64,000 nt of DNA from Hydrolagus affinis (lineage: Eukaryota): positions 1 through 64,000 of the forward strand of contig JAAILG010001098.1 in the NCBI GenBank assembly GCA_012026655.1, written 5' to 3'. Every line of letters begins with the position of its first letter. Position 1 is the stretch's first letter. The notes beneath the pieces are model-generated. The model was given only the letters and a program-made list of their open reading frames with translations, was not told the origin of the DNA and searched no databases. Position numbers and translations under genes: made by a program. Positions 11,166-24,400 of this stretch are shown here, piece by piece.

Positions 11166-11251
11166 CAGTGGCTTCCAAACCTGAATAGCGGAGCCCCCCG
11201 CCCACTCCACACTCAGCTCCGCACAGGTACGCCCCAGTTTGGAAACCAATG
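11166..11251. mobile_element. 86-bp non-autonomous hAT (Charlie-like) MITE
   Basis: TIRs CAGTGGCTTCCAAAC / GTTTGGAAACCAATG, with an 8-bp TSD CCTTAAGG (11158-11165) / CCATAAGG (11252-11259). Confidence 0.75.
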
Positions 11252-12793
11252 CCATAAGGAGTTGACTTCAGCTGGGCCCAGGCAGTACTTGGCTGAAGGT
11301 ATAATTCTTTATAATGTCAACATATCAGTTTGGACCTGAGGGGGAGTAACACAATGTAGACTGATTACAATATCTGCAAGAGGGGTCCAGTTAATTCCAG
11401 GATCTGTAATTCTCTCTCCCCAAAGTCAAGGCTAGTTGAGACCTCAGAGCTTCGCTGGCTGGGTGTTAACTCAGCCCAGTCCAGGGTTCGAATTACAGGC
11501 GTTTCTGGTTTGCATTGCTCAGGACCACAGTATATTTATTCACTTAAGTGACACTACTCATTTATAACAAATTAAAAATGATTGTGCATATGCAGTTTTA
11601 TAAACACTTAATTCTCTGATGGGAACAGGGATTTTGATTGTTGCTATACAACAGTAGGAAACCGTTGGATCCAAACCCTCTGTTTCTCTGCAACAATCAA
11701 ACGTCTACTTCTGTGGTGCAGAAATGATTCAGAGGCCTGGATAGGAACACTCAAATACTGTGGACAAACTGCCTAGTCTTACACTGCCAGAGGGAAACGG
11801 AGCTCAAACAGCACAAGTCATTATCTCCTGATGTGGAGGAAAGAAATTGGGGATAAAGATTTTAAGTAGTTTAATTATTTTGAATGTACATGAACAGGAG
11901 TCAAAAGGCTCAATTGTGTTTTCAAATATAAAAATGTTCTTGCCTAAAGTTAATCTGAAAAGGAATAGATTTGATTTATCATTTATTTAAGTGTCGCACA
12001 GAGATGTTCTTAAAAATATCCACGTCTGTGTTTTTTAACCAAGGTACAACCATTGCAAAAGCGAATCACTAATATGTTTGAGCTGTAAAACCTGTCAAAT
12101 TCACAATTCCATCTCCCAAATGGAAGTTGATGAATGGAGAGGATTCGATTACAATCTGGGTTGATACCAACTCCCTCTATCGAGGAAACATTACATTTGT
12201 GTAGTGCCTTTCACATCGGGAAGTCCCAAGGCACTGGAAAGTCAGTATTTAGGACCCAAAGTGGGGGGTCGTAATTGGGGAGATTGGGGGAGGTGGGTTT
12301 GATGAAAAGCACGGTTGAAGAGGAGGGAGAGGACACGGGCTGCAGAGTTCTGGATGATCTGTCGCCTGTGGAGGGAGGAGTTGGGGGGATACAGTCAAGG
12401 GAGATGTCAGGAATACTGTACGTATACAGTATGAGAGTTTGGGCAGCCTGCGATGTTGGGGAAGCTGTGCTCCAGGTGAAGTATTAAATTGCTGTCTGTG
12501 CATTCTGAGCCTCTGCAGGCATTAAACACCCTCTTGGCCTCCAGTATTTTTAAGGAGAGTTCTGGTGTCCTGCCACTATTCCTTATTCAAACTTTAAAAA
12601 ACCTAATAGGATTCTCTCTTATGATTAAACATGCTAACATCCACTGTGCAGAGTGACTCAGATATAACCACTCAGACGTATGGAAAGGCACCCATACAAA
12701 GCCCTCGCCTCAATATAAAAGAGAAACGATGCTGTAACATTAGTTAAAGAAAATGACACCATCAATAAAACAGGTGAATCCCAATGTACAGTG

Positions 12794-12799
12794 TTTATT
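12794..12799 (-). terminator. Candidate distal polyadenylation signal (AATAAA) of LRCH3
   Basis: TTTATT on + at the end of a 3'UTR-like tract. Nearby are TGTACATA (12842-12849) and TGTAAATA (13126-13133) on the minus strand. Confidence 0.45.
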
Positions 12800-15700
12800 C
12801 ACGATGAAAGCCCCACAAGTAAGATGCTATATGTTATACATTATGTACAGGGAGGCAGCTATAGCAAAGCTGAAGTAACAAACACACCTCTTTTTTACAT
12901 TACAAATATCTACACATATCAAAGCCAAGGCCTCTGGGGTTTCAGCTCGTTTACATTGGATACGCAGCTTAAAAACAAAGAATATACATCCATTCTCTCT
13001 CCCACGCAAAACATGACTATCTGCTCCCCACAGAGGAACTACAGTATATATTAAAGGAAATTTTGCACGTGAGACGAAGAACCGTACACACATGAGCAAA
13101 CTGAGCAGCCGCAGCAAGACCACAAGTATTTACAACAATACCAACAGAAAAATACAAGCAAATGAGCCCGAACGGTGACCGTCACCTCTCCGATCCAAGC
13201 CCTGGTTCTAGGGAGCAATGGGTAAGGAGTTAGTTCTGTAAGTTATTGTGTTGTCACACACGCCAGTTTCAACCTGCCCCAGCTCACGGGAAGAGACCAG
13301 AGCAGTGAGCCAACTCGACTCACTTGAAATGTAGTGTCAACACATCTCCCAACACGACCCTCTAGAACTAGTCAGATTTTAAAAAGGTCACCAGTACTCC
13401 AGCCTCGCTGACTAAATATGGACACCTTGCTTAACGCCTGGTGGCTCGGTCGCCTGGCAACAGTAAGATGCCTCGGAGAGCTGTGATTTCGCAGCATGCA
13501 GTTATAAACAACAGCAATGAAGCAGAGCAAGAGATATAAAAACAGCAATATCTACCAAAGGAAATACTGGATCCCAAGTGCTGTGATAAGAAAAAGTGGG
13601 TTTCAAAACTAAAATACAACTTGCGCCCCTCAAGATTCCAGCCCGGTCCGTTTCAGCAACACTGCGGTATCTGCCACAAAATCAACTTTGTATATTGAAT
13701 AGGATATAGTTCAAAAATACCCTCTAGTTATTTTTTAAAAATTGCTATTAACTTAGTAATATTAGCTTGCGGCTGTGAGGAGATCACTATCTTCATTAAA
13801 TGAAAGTGATTTCAACATAAAGCAACATTAACGTGCGGGTGCAGATCATATTGCGAGGACAGGAGTAACTGCAGAAGCATATACGTGATTATATTAATTC
13901 CACTTCTCTGCTGGGCTGAAAGAGCAGAGGAAAATATGCCTGCTCCACCAGAGAACTAAACACTCAGGAAATACTGAACGCGGCGTTCTGAGTGAAACTG
14001 GTTTATAGAGAAAAGTACACGGATTCTCTGCACACTGCAGAAAATCAACTACAATTTATTACTTAACTAAGCAAGTACCACTGACATGGGAACAGAATGT
14101 CAGATGTAATTAGACTGCGGTGACACACAAAACAGGCGAAATAATCCGAATCACAAACAAACTTCAAAGACTGCTGAGGAACCATCTTACCCCAGAATTC
14201 GTTGATCTTCTGCTGAACTGAATTCACCGTGTGGGGGGAATTACAGTGTGTTATGTTATTATTGGCCTAGATATAGACAAATATTCTACTTCTGAAATGT
14301 GATATTCTTGTTATTCGGATTCCACTTTCGGACTTGTACAAGGAGCACTAAACTTGCTTTATATCTGTACTTGAATCTATGGCTAATTTATTTTTAATAA
14401 GTGCATAAAACAGCTTATAGTATCATAGAGCATAGAGGCCGATTCAGACATGTGCCAGCTCTCCAGAAGTTATTCACTCAGTTTCACTGCACATTTGCTG
14501 TATCCTGGTTTTTTTTTGCCCTTTGGGGGTCATTTGCAATGTCAAAATACTACAACAAATGTGGTCACCCAAACCACAAGCAATTAGCTGCCGCGTTTCG
14601 CCCACAAAATATACAGTCTTTGCAGTATATTCTGTGAGGCGCTTTGAAACGTTTCAAAGACGTGATAAGGCTCTATATCAAATTCGAGGATTATTATTAT
14701 TATCATCCTTCAATATTTTTCTATTTCTCAGAAATACCAAGTATTTTTCTCTAGCAGGAAATAAATTTCAAAGTCAGAAATGAATGCCCAAAATGCAGCA
14801 ACATTTAAAATGTTGTGGTTATACACCAGATGGAAATAGTACAGAATTTGGTCCATTAGAAAATTGTTCCTTGTGTTGCTGGCAAAGCTATTCTCCGAGA
14901 GCCCAATATGAGGTATTAAAAATGAATTGTATTACAGTATTCGCAGCTGCACACCTTGTTACCTTGTTCTTTCAGTAACTGCTTCCGCCTGAGTGTAAGC
15001 GCAGTAAATTCCTGTAACCGTTTCCACTCTGGTATAATTTAGGTTGTCAGTCTGGCTCACCAGTCACATTCTGGACCTGTCAGGCTAGGCCACGTCTATG
15101 CTGCCACTACAGAGCAGGGCTGGGGGAGGGCTGCGGTCAATGGTGTCATGGCTCGGGCTGAGATGTCAGTTTGCCTGTTCAGGTGGACGCTGATGCTATT
15201 TGAAAAGAGAAGCGACATTTCCTCTGCGCCTGTCCTGGCCAACAATCCCCAAATACAATTGGTAGCTCACTCTGTGACTGTGGAAACTGTCTTTGCACAA
15301 ACTGGTTGTCATGTTTCTCAGACAAAATACAGTCACTGCGCTCTCCAGTATATCCTATGAAGCACTTTGAGATGTCTCGACGATGTGATAATGAAGGCGC
15401 TGTAGCCATCGCAAGGATTATTATAATAATAAAGCTTGGCAGCAGCTAACATCTCCCGCTCTGTAATACTAATAACAAGTAAACTCCATACAAGCGTTTG
15501 TTCTTTCTATGGTGGTTCATTTTAAAAGATGGTCTTTCCACCTTCGCCCACCTGAACACTCCAGGCATCAACATCTAATACATCGATTAATGAATGCTTC
15601 AAGGACTGATACCCGGGATACAGCAAGGGCTCTCTTCCCACAGAACATCTCCAGCTGCGTCAGGTCATTCAGAAAGTTAAAAAACAATGTTATCTCCCCA

Positions 15701-18363
15701 CTCCGCACACTATATAGGGCAAAACAGGTCCAGAAAACCAGGGTGAGCAAAATCAGCCCTGTGTAATTTGGTGTATTTCTCAAACAGTGTACGTTAATAA
15801 CCTGATCTGAAAAATAAACTTTCTGCAATCCAGATCCCAAACTGGTTTAAAAAACCAATGAAACGTTCAGATATTTAGTCACTAATGATACTAACTGAAC
15901 GGTTAATGATTTTATAACAATCATTTTTTTCTCCCACAAAGTCAATATGTTGATGAAAACATCAAATAGAATGGCGTGAGGGAAACAGTCCAAATAAAAA
16001 CTCTGGAGAAGTTTTATAAACAAAGAACACATGGAATGTACACAGGAAAACAAAGTGTTTGCCAAGATCCATCCATTCATTCAGGAATTAAAGTAATGAA
16101 AAGAACGTGTGAGATGGTACTCTCCAGCTGGCTACTTTCTCTGGGTTTAGAAGCTTTCATTCCAAATGCGCGAGGATAATCCAATTCAGTTATATGGAAG
16201 GCCATAACAAGCCTTTCAGACGGACAATTACTACAAGTGCAGTCTGTGGAGTCTCAATGGATCATTTGAGTTCATTTAGAAGCAAAGACGTACAGTGGAA
16301 AACTGTGGTGTTTCATGACACTGGGAATCTGTTCCCTCCACAAGGAAGGAAGGAGGAACGATGCCATCCAGCCAGTTTGCAAACAAATTAAATCACAGAA
16401 GGAACTAGACTTTCTGGTTTAGAAGAGGCAATTTCTGTGTAGCACTAATTCCCCCCCTGGTTACAGAAACAGATCCATAATGACCTATAATTGAAGTTGT
16501 TTTGAGTAATGTAGATACGCAGTTGCTTTGGGTCAGAAGCCGAGAATGTTAATGCTACTTCATCATCATGTCACCATCTTACATATCATTTTACATCAAT
16601 AACAAGTGGTAGAGGTTCTGAGTTCATGCCCAGTAAACAGTTTATATATATATATAGCTCTGTACTTTTACATATAAAACATAACACAGTTGGAAGTTTT
16701 CAATCTCCCAAGAGATTGGATTGTATCTTTGGTACATTAGGTGCAGGTATTGAGAAACCTTTCAGTCAGAAAGGCTCTGATCAGTGGTGGGAATAAGTGC
16801 CTCGGAACCCCCTCCGGGCAAAAAAAGGCGCTTCACAAATGTCAGCTTGTGATACACTGCTCAGAAGCAACTGTGGCTCGTTCACCTTCCAGGGTACCCG
16901 CCAATATCAGTCCATATCACCTGTATAGAACCCACTGACCCCCATCTCCCTGCATTGTCTCAGCCTAAATGAACTGGTACAATAATAGGCAAACCGGAAA
17001 TTTGCTCCGGTGTTTTCCTGCAGAACATGAAAGATCTGAAATATCCAATTATTTTGGAGGCGATAGACTGAACCGAACTCCCTCAATTTGTGTGAAATTG
17101 GAATGAATCTACTGCGTCCCTAAAAGTAAGTAAAAAAAAATATGGCTTAGGACCTGGAAGCAACCTCAAATACAGGAAGGTCCATCACGAGGAGGCAGCC
17201 TGACTGCAAAAGGCATCGCTCTGTCCAGGTTTAACATGTGTTAATGTCTTATTAACGTCAGTTGGATCAAAGTCGGAATCTTTTGGAACTGTGTCCTGGG
17301 GTTATTTCTCAGTCTAAACTGGAAAATAAAGGGAAGGTTCAGGAGAATTGATGGATTCACAGCAACGTTCGTTGCGGTTACGTTTCCACCAATATTAACT
17401 GGACCGCGTTGACAAGGTGCAGCAATCATCTCTTGAAAGAGAACCTTAAGGTTTTCACTTTAAGTTACCATATACAAGTGTTTTGTTGACTGAAATAAAA
17501 AATCTAAAGATTAAAAAAATAAAATACTCTAGTGATAATTAACACAGAGAACACAGTGCCCTGGACTTGCGGTGGCAGTACTGTATACTCCTGTCAAATT
17601 AGCTTTAGACTCCACCGCTTAAGTCAGAATAGTACATCCTCACCCATATTAAGTGAGTATGAGAATTACTATCACTTATATTTCTTGGGTTACACGGGCA
17701 ACTGCTGGATAACTATAAACCTTTGTGTTACTTGCGAGCAGTTCACACGACTTGTGTGAAGAAGGCTCTTTGACCCAACTATCTCACCCTTCCACAATTT
17801 TGAATTTTAAGTGAAGAACACTTGAAAAAAAAATGAACACGATTTAAATAAGGTGAGACTCTGGATTCTGACTGCTGTCTGAAAGATATTAAAATGAATT
17901 GATGAACACACACACACACACGCACATAAATGTAAGATGAACTCATGTTCCCTGGGTAATTGTGAATAGCTGCAAGCCAGCCCTCCATTTACAGTCTTCG
18001 CTATCCGATAGCAAGTTTTACTATCTGGAGAGAGGAATTTGTGAATCAAAGGTGCGTTAACTGCGTCTGCAGTTCAGGTGTGTCCTTTCCAATGTCCGTA
18101 CAAAGTTTGATATTTCTATACCTAACGGAATGGTGCTCGTTGTGGCTTCACACAGTTATACAGTTCCAAGAGGGATTGCTTACTGATAAATTTAGCAGAT
18201 TGGCTAATCAAACTGACAATTTGTTTCCCACCATTTTAACACGCACTGTGTACTGGCTGTGAATGTGATTAATGTGATCACCGTATGGAGTCCATCGCGG
18301 AACATATCCTACGGTGACGTGACAAGTGTTTCGTGGCTGAGTTGCAGATTACTTGCAGGCTCT

Positions 18364-18483
18364 CTAGACAGTTGACAAATGGTGCAGTTTGGTAGGGGCG
18401 AATTCGAGCAGGGTTTGTACAGTCACAGCTACTTGTGCCAGTCCTTTCTCCTCTAGAATGTGAAGGGGGAGACACAACCGCTC
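18364..18483 (-). CDS. LRCH3: LRCH3 distal terminal exon (soluble isoform)
   Basis: catttag|GAG... translates as ERLCLPLHILEEKGLAQVAVTVQTLLEFAPTKLHHLSTV*. It resembles human EQLCLPLHILEEKGLSQVAVTVQALLE as recalled. Confidence 0.9.
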   Translation of the reverse strand, partial: ERLCLPLHILEEKGLAQVAVTVQTLLEFAPTKLHHLSTV

Positions 18484-21400
18484 CTAAATGAAATAACAAA
18501 AAATAGGGAAACGGGAAGGGGATGAAAGGAAAGAGATGGGAAGGAAAACAGGGAAAGACAAAATTAACAAATGACACACGTACAGAAACCAAACTTAAAA
18601 AATGGAGGATTGTTTTCAAAACAAAACAAAAAAAGACAAAAAACAAAAACACCAAATTGGTAATCACAATTATTCACATACAAATGGATTAATGAGCACG
18701 ATAGATACCCCAAATACCAGGAGAGGCCTGAGGGGGGGGGAGGGGTGGAGTATGAAAGTACCAAGAGTATAAAAGACTGACACTGACCCACCGATGGCCA
18801 GATTGACACTAGCTGGTGTCAGGAGCGCAAACAGAAACATGTCATACTGCCACAGGCTGATTCTTGTTTCCCACTTCAGTGGCGGGTGGAGTACAACAAT
18901 ACAAATGTGCACATCTAAGGAAAGCTCAAAATAAAGATCTAACTGAAATAAAGTTGGGTTAATTTATTTATCCAAGATCCAAAATTCAATGGACAATGTA
19001 GGCAAATGAGAGTTGGGTACTTTTTTTTTGGTAAAAGCAGAGATTGAGAGATATGAGAGAGCAAGCGAGAGTGAGAGAGAGGGAGAGACTATGAGTATTG
19101 TTTAGTATTTTTCATATTTTAGAACTGGCCAGATGGACTGCTCCAGTCTTATCATTTCTACAGTACATACACTTAAATAAAATCTGACATTCCTTCAACT
19201 GGAATGAAAAGCTGCTGCAAATGAAAAGCTCTGATTGATACATCATTACACCAGATTCAATTGGAGAGTAGATTAGAGAACAAATTGTTCTGCATTAACA
19301 GGCAAAAAAAAACTCCCCTTAGGACTGGTTCCAAACTTATCAGTTTAAATACTTCCTGATCACTTAAAAAAATGATAGATGGCACCCTGACAGCTGACCA
19401 CCACACACACACACACGCGCGTAGACTTTTTGAAACTGTTTAAATTTACCTCGTACTTATCCAGATGGTTGAATTATCCTAATAACATTTCTGGAAATTG
19501 TGTTCCGTTACAATGGACGAGAACTCAAGTTTAATAAATTTATTAAGAGCAATAACTATGGAAACTTTTTTTTAAAAGAGAAACTCAAGACATCTTAATG
19601 TTTAAAAAAACACAGGAAAGAGGCTGAGCAGAGTTACATCAACAGACAAATTGGATAAAATCTGATTTTAACCAGCAAGATGCTTTTAGGTTTGAGCTGA
19701 CGCACAACTATATCCAGGAGCATTCACACAGTTATTATACACGTTGTGTAAACCATATTGTTATCTTCATATGACCATAAGATTGGTTTGAACGAAGAAA
19801 GCCCCTTGGCTCATCCACCTCCCAGGTACACTAACTCTATTGTTCCCTCATCACAAACACACCATACAGGTTAGTCATTTTAATGCTGAATCTGCTTTGA
19901 ACACAATTGTCCCCTGTAGGAGAGGGATGATGATGGGGGGGGGGGGGGCAAGAGGTAGGAAAGAAAACAGGTTTAATCTTAGAAGAAGCATTAAGATGGT
20001 TAGAAGTGACATCCTAAATCATTCCCTCACACACAGGATTGTGAGAATGTCAGCAGGTGCAGAACCGAATGAATTATTGAAGTGGAAGACGGGTGAGTTC
20101 ATTGAGAATTAATGGTATTAAAAGGTGGAATGAGATCCAAAGCTTGTTTATCAAACTGGTGAAACAAGGCCAATGGACCAAATGGCCTCCTCTGGCTCCC
20201 ATGATCCTAATCCTCTGAATGAAAATATCAGATATTCAAACGCCACAATCTCTCCATTAGTGCTGGGAATGTTGAACCACCTGAAGCGAACGGACAGATT
20301 GTAATGAAGAAATTGAATGCTCTGTACGGAATTCATCGACACACAATATCAGCTGTTTCATGGTTAAAAATATAGTACTATTTGACTTATTCAGCAGGAT
20401 CAAGGTTTATTTTTTATTCATGAAAACAGAACAAAAACAGTGTATGGCAATGAAATAAATAGTCCCCCATAATTCATATCAGGGAATGATCCAAACCTCT
20501 CTGGGAATGACTGAACCTGTCAAACAAAATGCATCATCACTGTAGTTGCCAGGGTAAGATACCACGGTTTTGTGAAAGGAGAATAAGTTCTGCTATTTGG
20601 ATTGTAGCACAAAAGGGATCGATTGAGATGCTTTTTACTGGAGAATATCTGGGGCTTTCTCCCGTGTCATCACAACATTTATCTACTAGTCCTCAGGTTT
20701 CTCCCAAATCACCGCAGACAGAGCTCAGATTCCCCCCCCAAGTTTGCTCATCTACTTTTCTGAACTGACCAAACTAGATATCGACAGGGATTAAAGGCAG
20801 TTGATAATATTGCTTAAAAGACTTGTCCATTCTGTTCTGTATTAACAACAATGATACTAACCACTTATTCCCCTCTTAAATGAGGCACCATTGCATTGCT
20901 GCAGACGTTAATGATTAATAAGTTGTTAATTGAATGCTGATGTGACACGGTAGTGAAGGAGAGACACAGGCAGGCACTTGACCGTTGGCATAACATATTA
21001 ATGCTTACATTTCCTCACAGTACAGTGCGGAGAGATGATAAATCCTTGTTTAAATCTTTCTGCCAGTATTAGTTTCAGCATTGGGATTGCAGGACCTGAG
21101 AGAATAGTTTTTGACTGATAAAGCTTTGGAGGTCCCAACACCCAATCCTATTTAACCTCAGGAAGTGGGAGGCTGTTGGAACAGTTCACATTTGGCTCGA
21201 CAAGTCTAAAAACAGGAACTTGCAAGACGTTTTGAAGGCATAGGTGTTAAAACAATATCCTTTCACCTTTGAATACAACCTGGGAAAGTTTCACCTCTAA
21301 AGGCAAATAAAGGTTCCAAATACACTGTAATAGTGAGTCGAGCTTTCGCTGACGTGAATCCCACACTTTCTGCATTAGTGTCTTAAGAAAACTAGAGTAT

Positions 21401-24400
21401 GTATATATATATACTGTATATATACACATGTTATTATTTTGGTAATACTTGAAACTGGCAATTAAGCACAAAATTATCTTGATAGTAAGTACTTGAAAGG
21501 CTCTTCTCAGTAAAGAATTACTACAAACTAATTCAGTCTGGATTTTAAACTCCAGGAAATTCAATGAAAGGCACTCGAAATGGCTTCTGGTCCAAATGTT
21601 TGGGAGTTTCTCATCTGAGGAAAAATCTTGATTAGAAATAAACGATTAATCTCTGGCGAGAAGGTTTGGAAATTTAGTATACAGTACACATACTCTGACT
21701 TCTGATTAGAACACGGTGATCAAGCGATACAGAGTGGAAAGCAGCAGCATCACACTGACGTAAAAGAAAGCAAAGCCTGCAAGCTGGGCAGAGAGAGGCA
21801 CGAACACAGGGCAGGCTGTGCACTCTCCCATAGTCAGCAGAGTCTCAACCGTCCTTTGAGTGCTGAGGAAGTTGGCTTCGAGCACATCAGGTGAGGAGCA
21901 AAGGTCATCCTTCCCAAGTTTCAGTGACAGCAGGAGAGAAACGATACAAGAAAAATTAGTCCAGAAACTCGGCGTGCAGCATCTTACTAAAGAATTAATC
22001 TGTGTTCTGTTTCACAGGGCATGCAGAATAAACACAAAGCGCAAGATTAATTGCCGAGTCAGTATTCGGTTTGAACGGCAATAATTCTGGTTCTAGTTTG
22101 CAATCACAAATTTCTTCCTGTTTACCGGACAAGAGGGGAATCGCAATGATTCACGGCTTTTAATTCTGAAGATTATACAATAATGTTGATTTAGGAGACT
22201 TTGCCTCAATGAAAAATTAAAAACTGTGCGACAAGAGTTATTTGTGCTGTTGAACGAGGTTAGTGTTTCTAACCACAATATATGGAATGGCGGCTGTTTC
22301 TGTTCACACTAAAAAAAGGTCAACGTGGCAGTCACAGAGCTGGTTTCCTTCCCCCGAGCCACACAAGTAACAACTCAGCAGACTCTGGACGGCTCTGTGA
22401 CCCCACCTGGCTCATCCCACCATCAACAATCTACCCTTGGGAACTCCATTGCACAGTCCCTTCACCTTCATCCCTACACTGTCTCCCCTCAAGGCCCTCA
22501 TCAGGACCCTTGTTTTTGGCCAAGCCTCTGACCTCCCGACCCCCGCCTGGGATCACATTCCCGACTGTCCAGACCTGGAGACTCTATACAATTCTATACA
22601 AATGTCATTTGTTATTCCCAATCAGTGCTTTTAGGATATGGTCAAAATCACTTGAATGCGTTCTGCAGAAGTTCACTCCAAGCTTTGCAAACCTTGTAGC
22701 TGGCAGCAACCCATCAGTGGAGCTATCCTAAGATCATGATTTTCCAAGTAGAGTTTGATCAGGAAGAAGTCTACTGCCATCATTTCTCTCAGGGAGGGGA
22801 ATCACCAGGAATGTCCCCAAAGGATATTTATTCTTCAGCAGATCAAGAGCAGAGTTGACAAACTGTAGGTTTTAGCCATAATTCCTATTACTGTGTTACT
22901 TTTTTTTAAAAAACAGAATGCCTTTCAGAGAACGTCATACAAGCTGTGATGGACAGATTTACTTTTAACACTTAAGGATTCACACATGCTGATATCTTCA
23001 GGAACTCTTAGGATATTAATTCCAATTAATAAGGATACCAGATACAATATTATAATGATGGATACCACTTTCAACATCATACCAAAACAGGAATTTAAGT
23101 GAAAATTTAAGGATAAATTTTCCAGAAAAGAACTAGTGAATTACAACCTTAGTGCTCAATTAGATCATGGAAATTTATGAATCCTTACTGTTGATTCTAG
23201 TGTTTCGTTCAGGCTTTTTCGGTGTATTTTAAGTTCATTTAAACATATTGGATTGTGTGTATTACACTGCAATCTCTATGTGTTTAGAGATCAGCATCGA
23301 AAGGCAAAGGCAGAGGACATAAGACTGATTTGAAAAGCCCTTTAGTTAAATGACTACAAGATAGTATCAAACTTCCTGAGGGGAATACACAAGTCTGGAT
23401 ACACAAGTCAATTCACTTTACAGTACATTCTGTGAAGTACTTTGAGACGTCTACAAAGACATGATAAGGCGCCATATCAAATGCAAGGAGTATTATTATT
23501 CTTATTATGAGTAATTTGTTGGGATTCTCATTGAACAGAATTCAGACACAAGTCATTAGTGGGGATTGTTGTCCCCTCCCTGATGACATCTGATTTTTCC
23601 TGGCCTGGCCCTACCCTCCCAGCTAACGGGAGATGGGAGTTCTGTCTGATGGTGGCTGTGTGCTCCGTACCAGGATGTAATCTGGGATAATTCTATGCTT
23701 TAATTGAGTTGGATTTCTCAAATACCAGTCAATAAGAGTAAAGAAAGTAGAAGTGTTACAGTCTGCTCTAAATATAGTTAAGGAATGTTACTTACAGCTT
23801 TTTAAGAGAATCCAAAGCCTGTTCTTTCAGCACATGCAACTTTAAATGCAGGCAAAAGATTTAATGGGTTACCGAGATCTCAAACACTCACAGTCAACCT
23901 TTCTCCAGCTGAGAGAATGGCACCAGTGAAAGGAACTCCTGAGCAAGAGTTTGCAATAAAGATATAAATATTTGCTAAAACAGTAATTTAGTGCCCATTA
24001 CCTTAGAAAACCAAGAGCTTCTGAATAGTACATTTTTAACTGAAGACATTAAAATGCAGATATTTCAGCTATGGTGATAGCTAGGCGTATATCCTGCACT
24101 GAGAAAAAAAATACTTGGCTGTCTGGAGAGTAGTGCACAGATAAGTTCAACGCGATCTCTTGAATGACAGCAACCTGAGGCTAAAAGCACTTACCTGTGG
24201 AACACCGATTTTCTTACAAGCCTCGAGGAAATTCTCCACGTTTCTTCTGCATTTTGCCATGGTCAATTTGGGCTGAAATCATAAAATAGAAAAAAAAGCA
24301 TTAAAGCTTTAATTAATCAATGCCATCCCCTCGAAATACAATAATCCTCAATAAAATAGTAAAAAAAATAAAAGATGAATGACAAATATGTTGCAATGTA

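Noticed and set aside
15568-15840. Hydrophobic 90-aa minus-strand ORF (GLILLTLVFWTCFALY...)
   Set aside because: No ATG start, no recognised homology, and not in phase with the LRCH3 donor. It lies in the presumptive 3'UTR.
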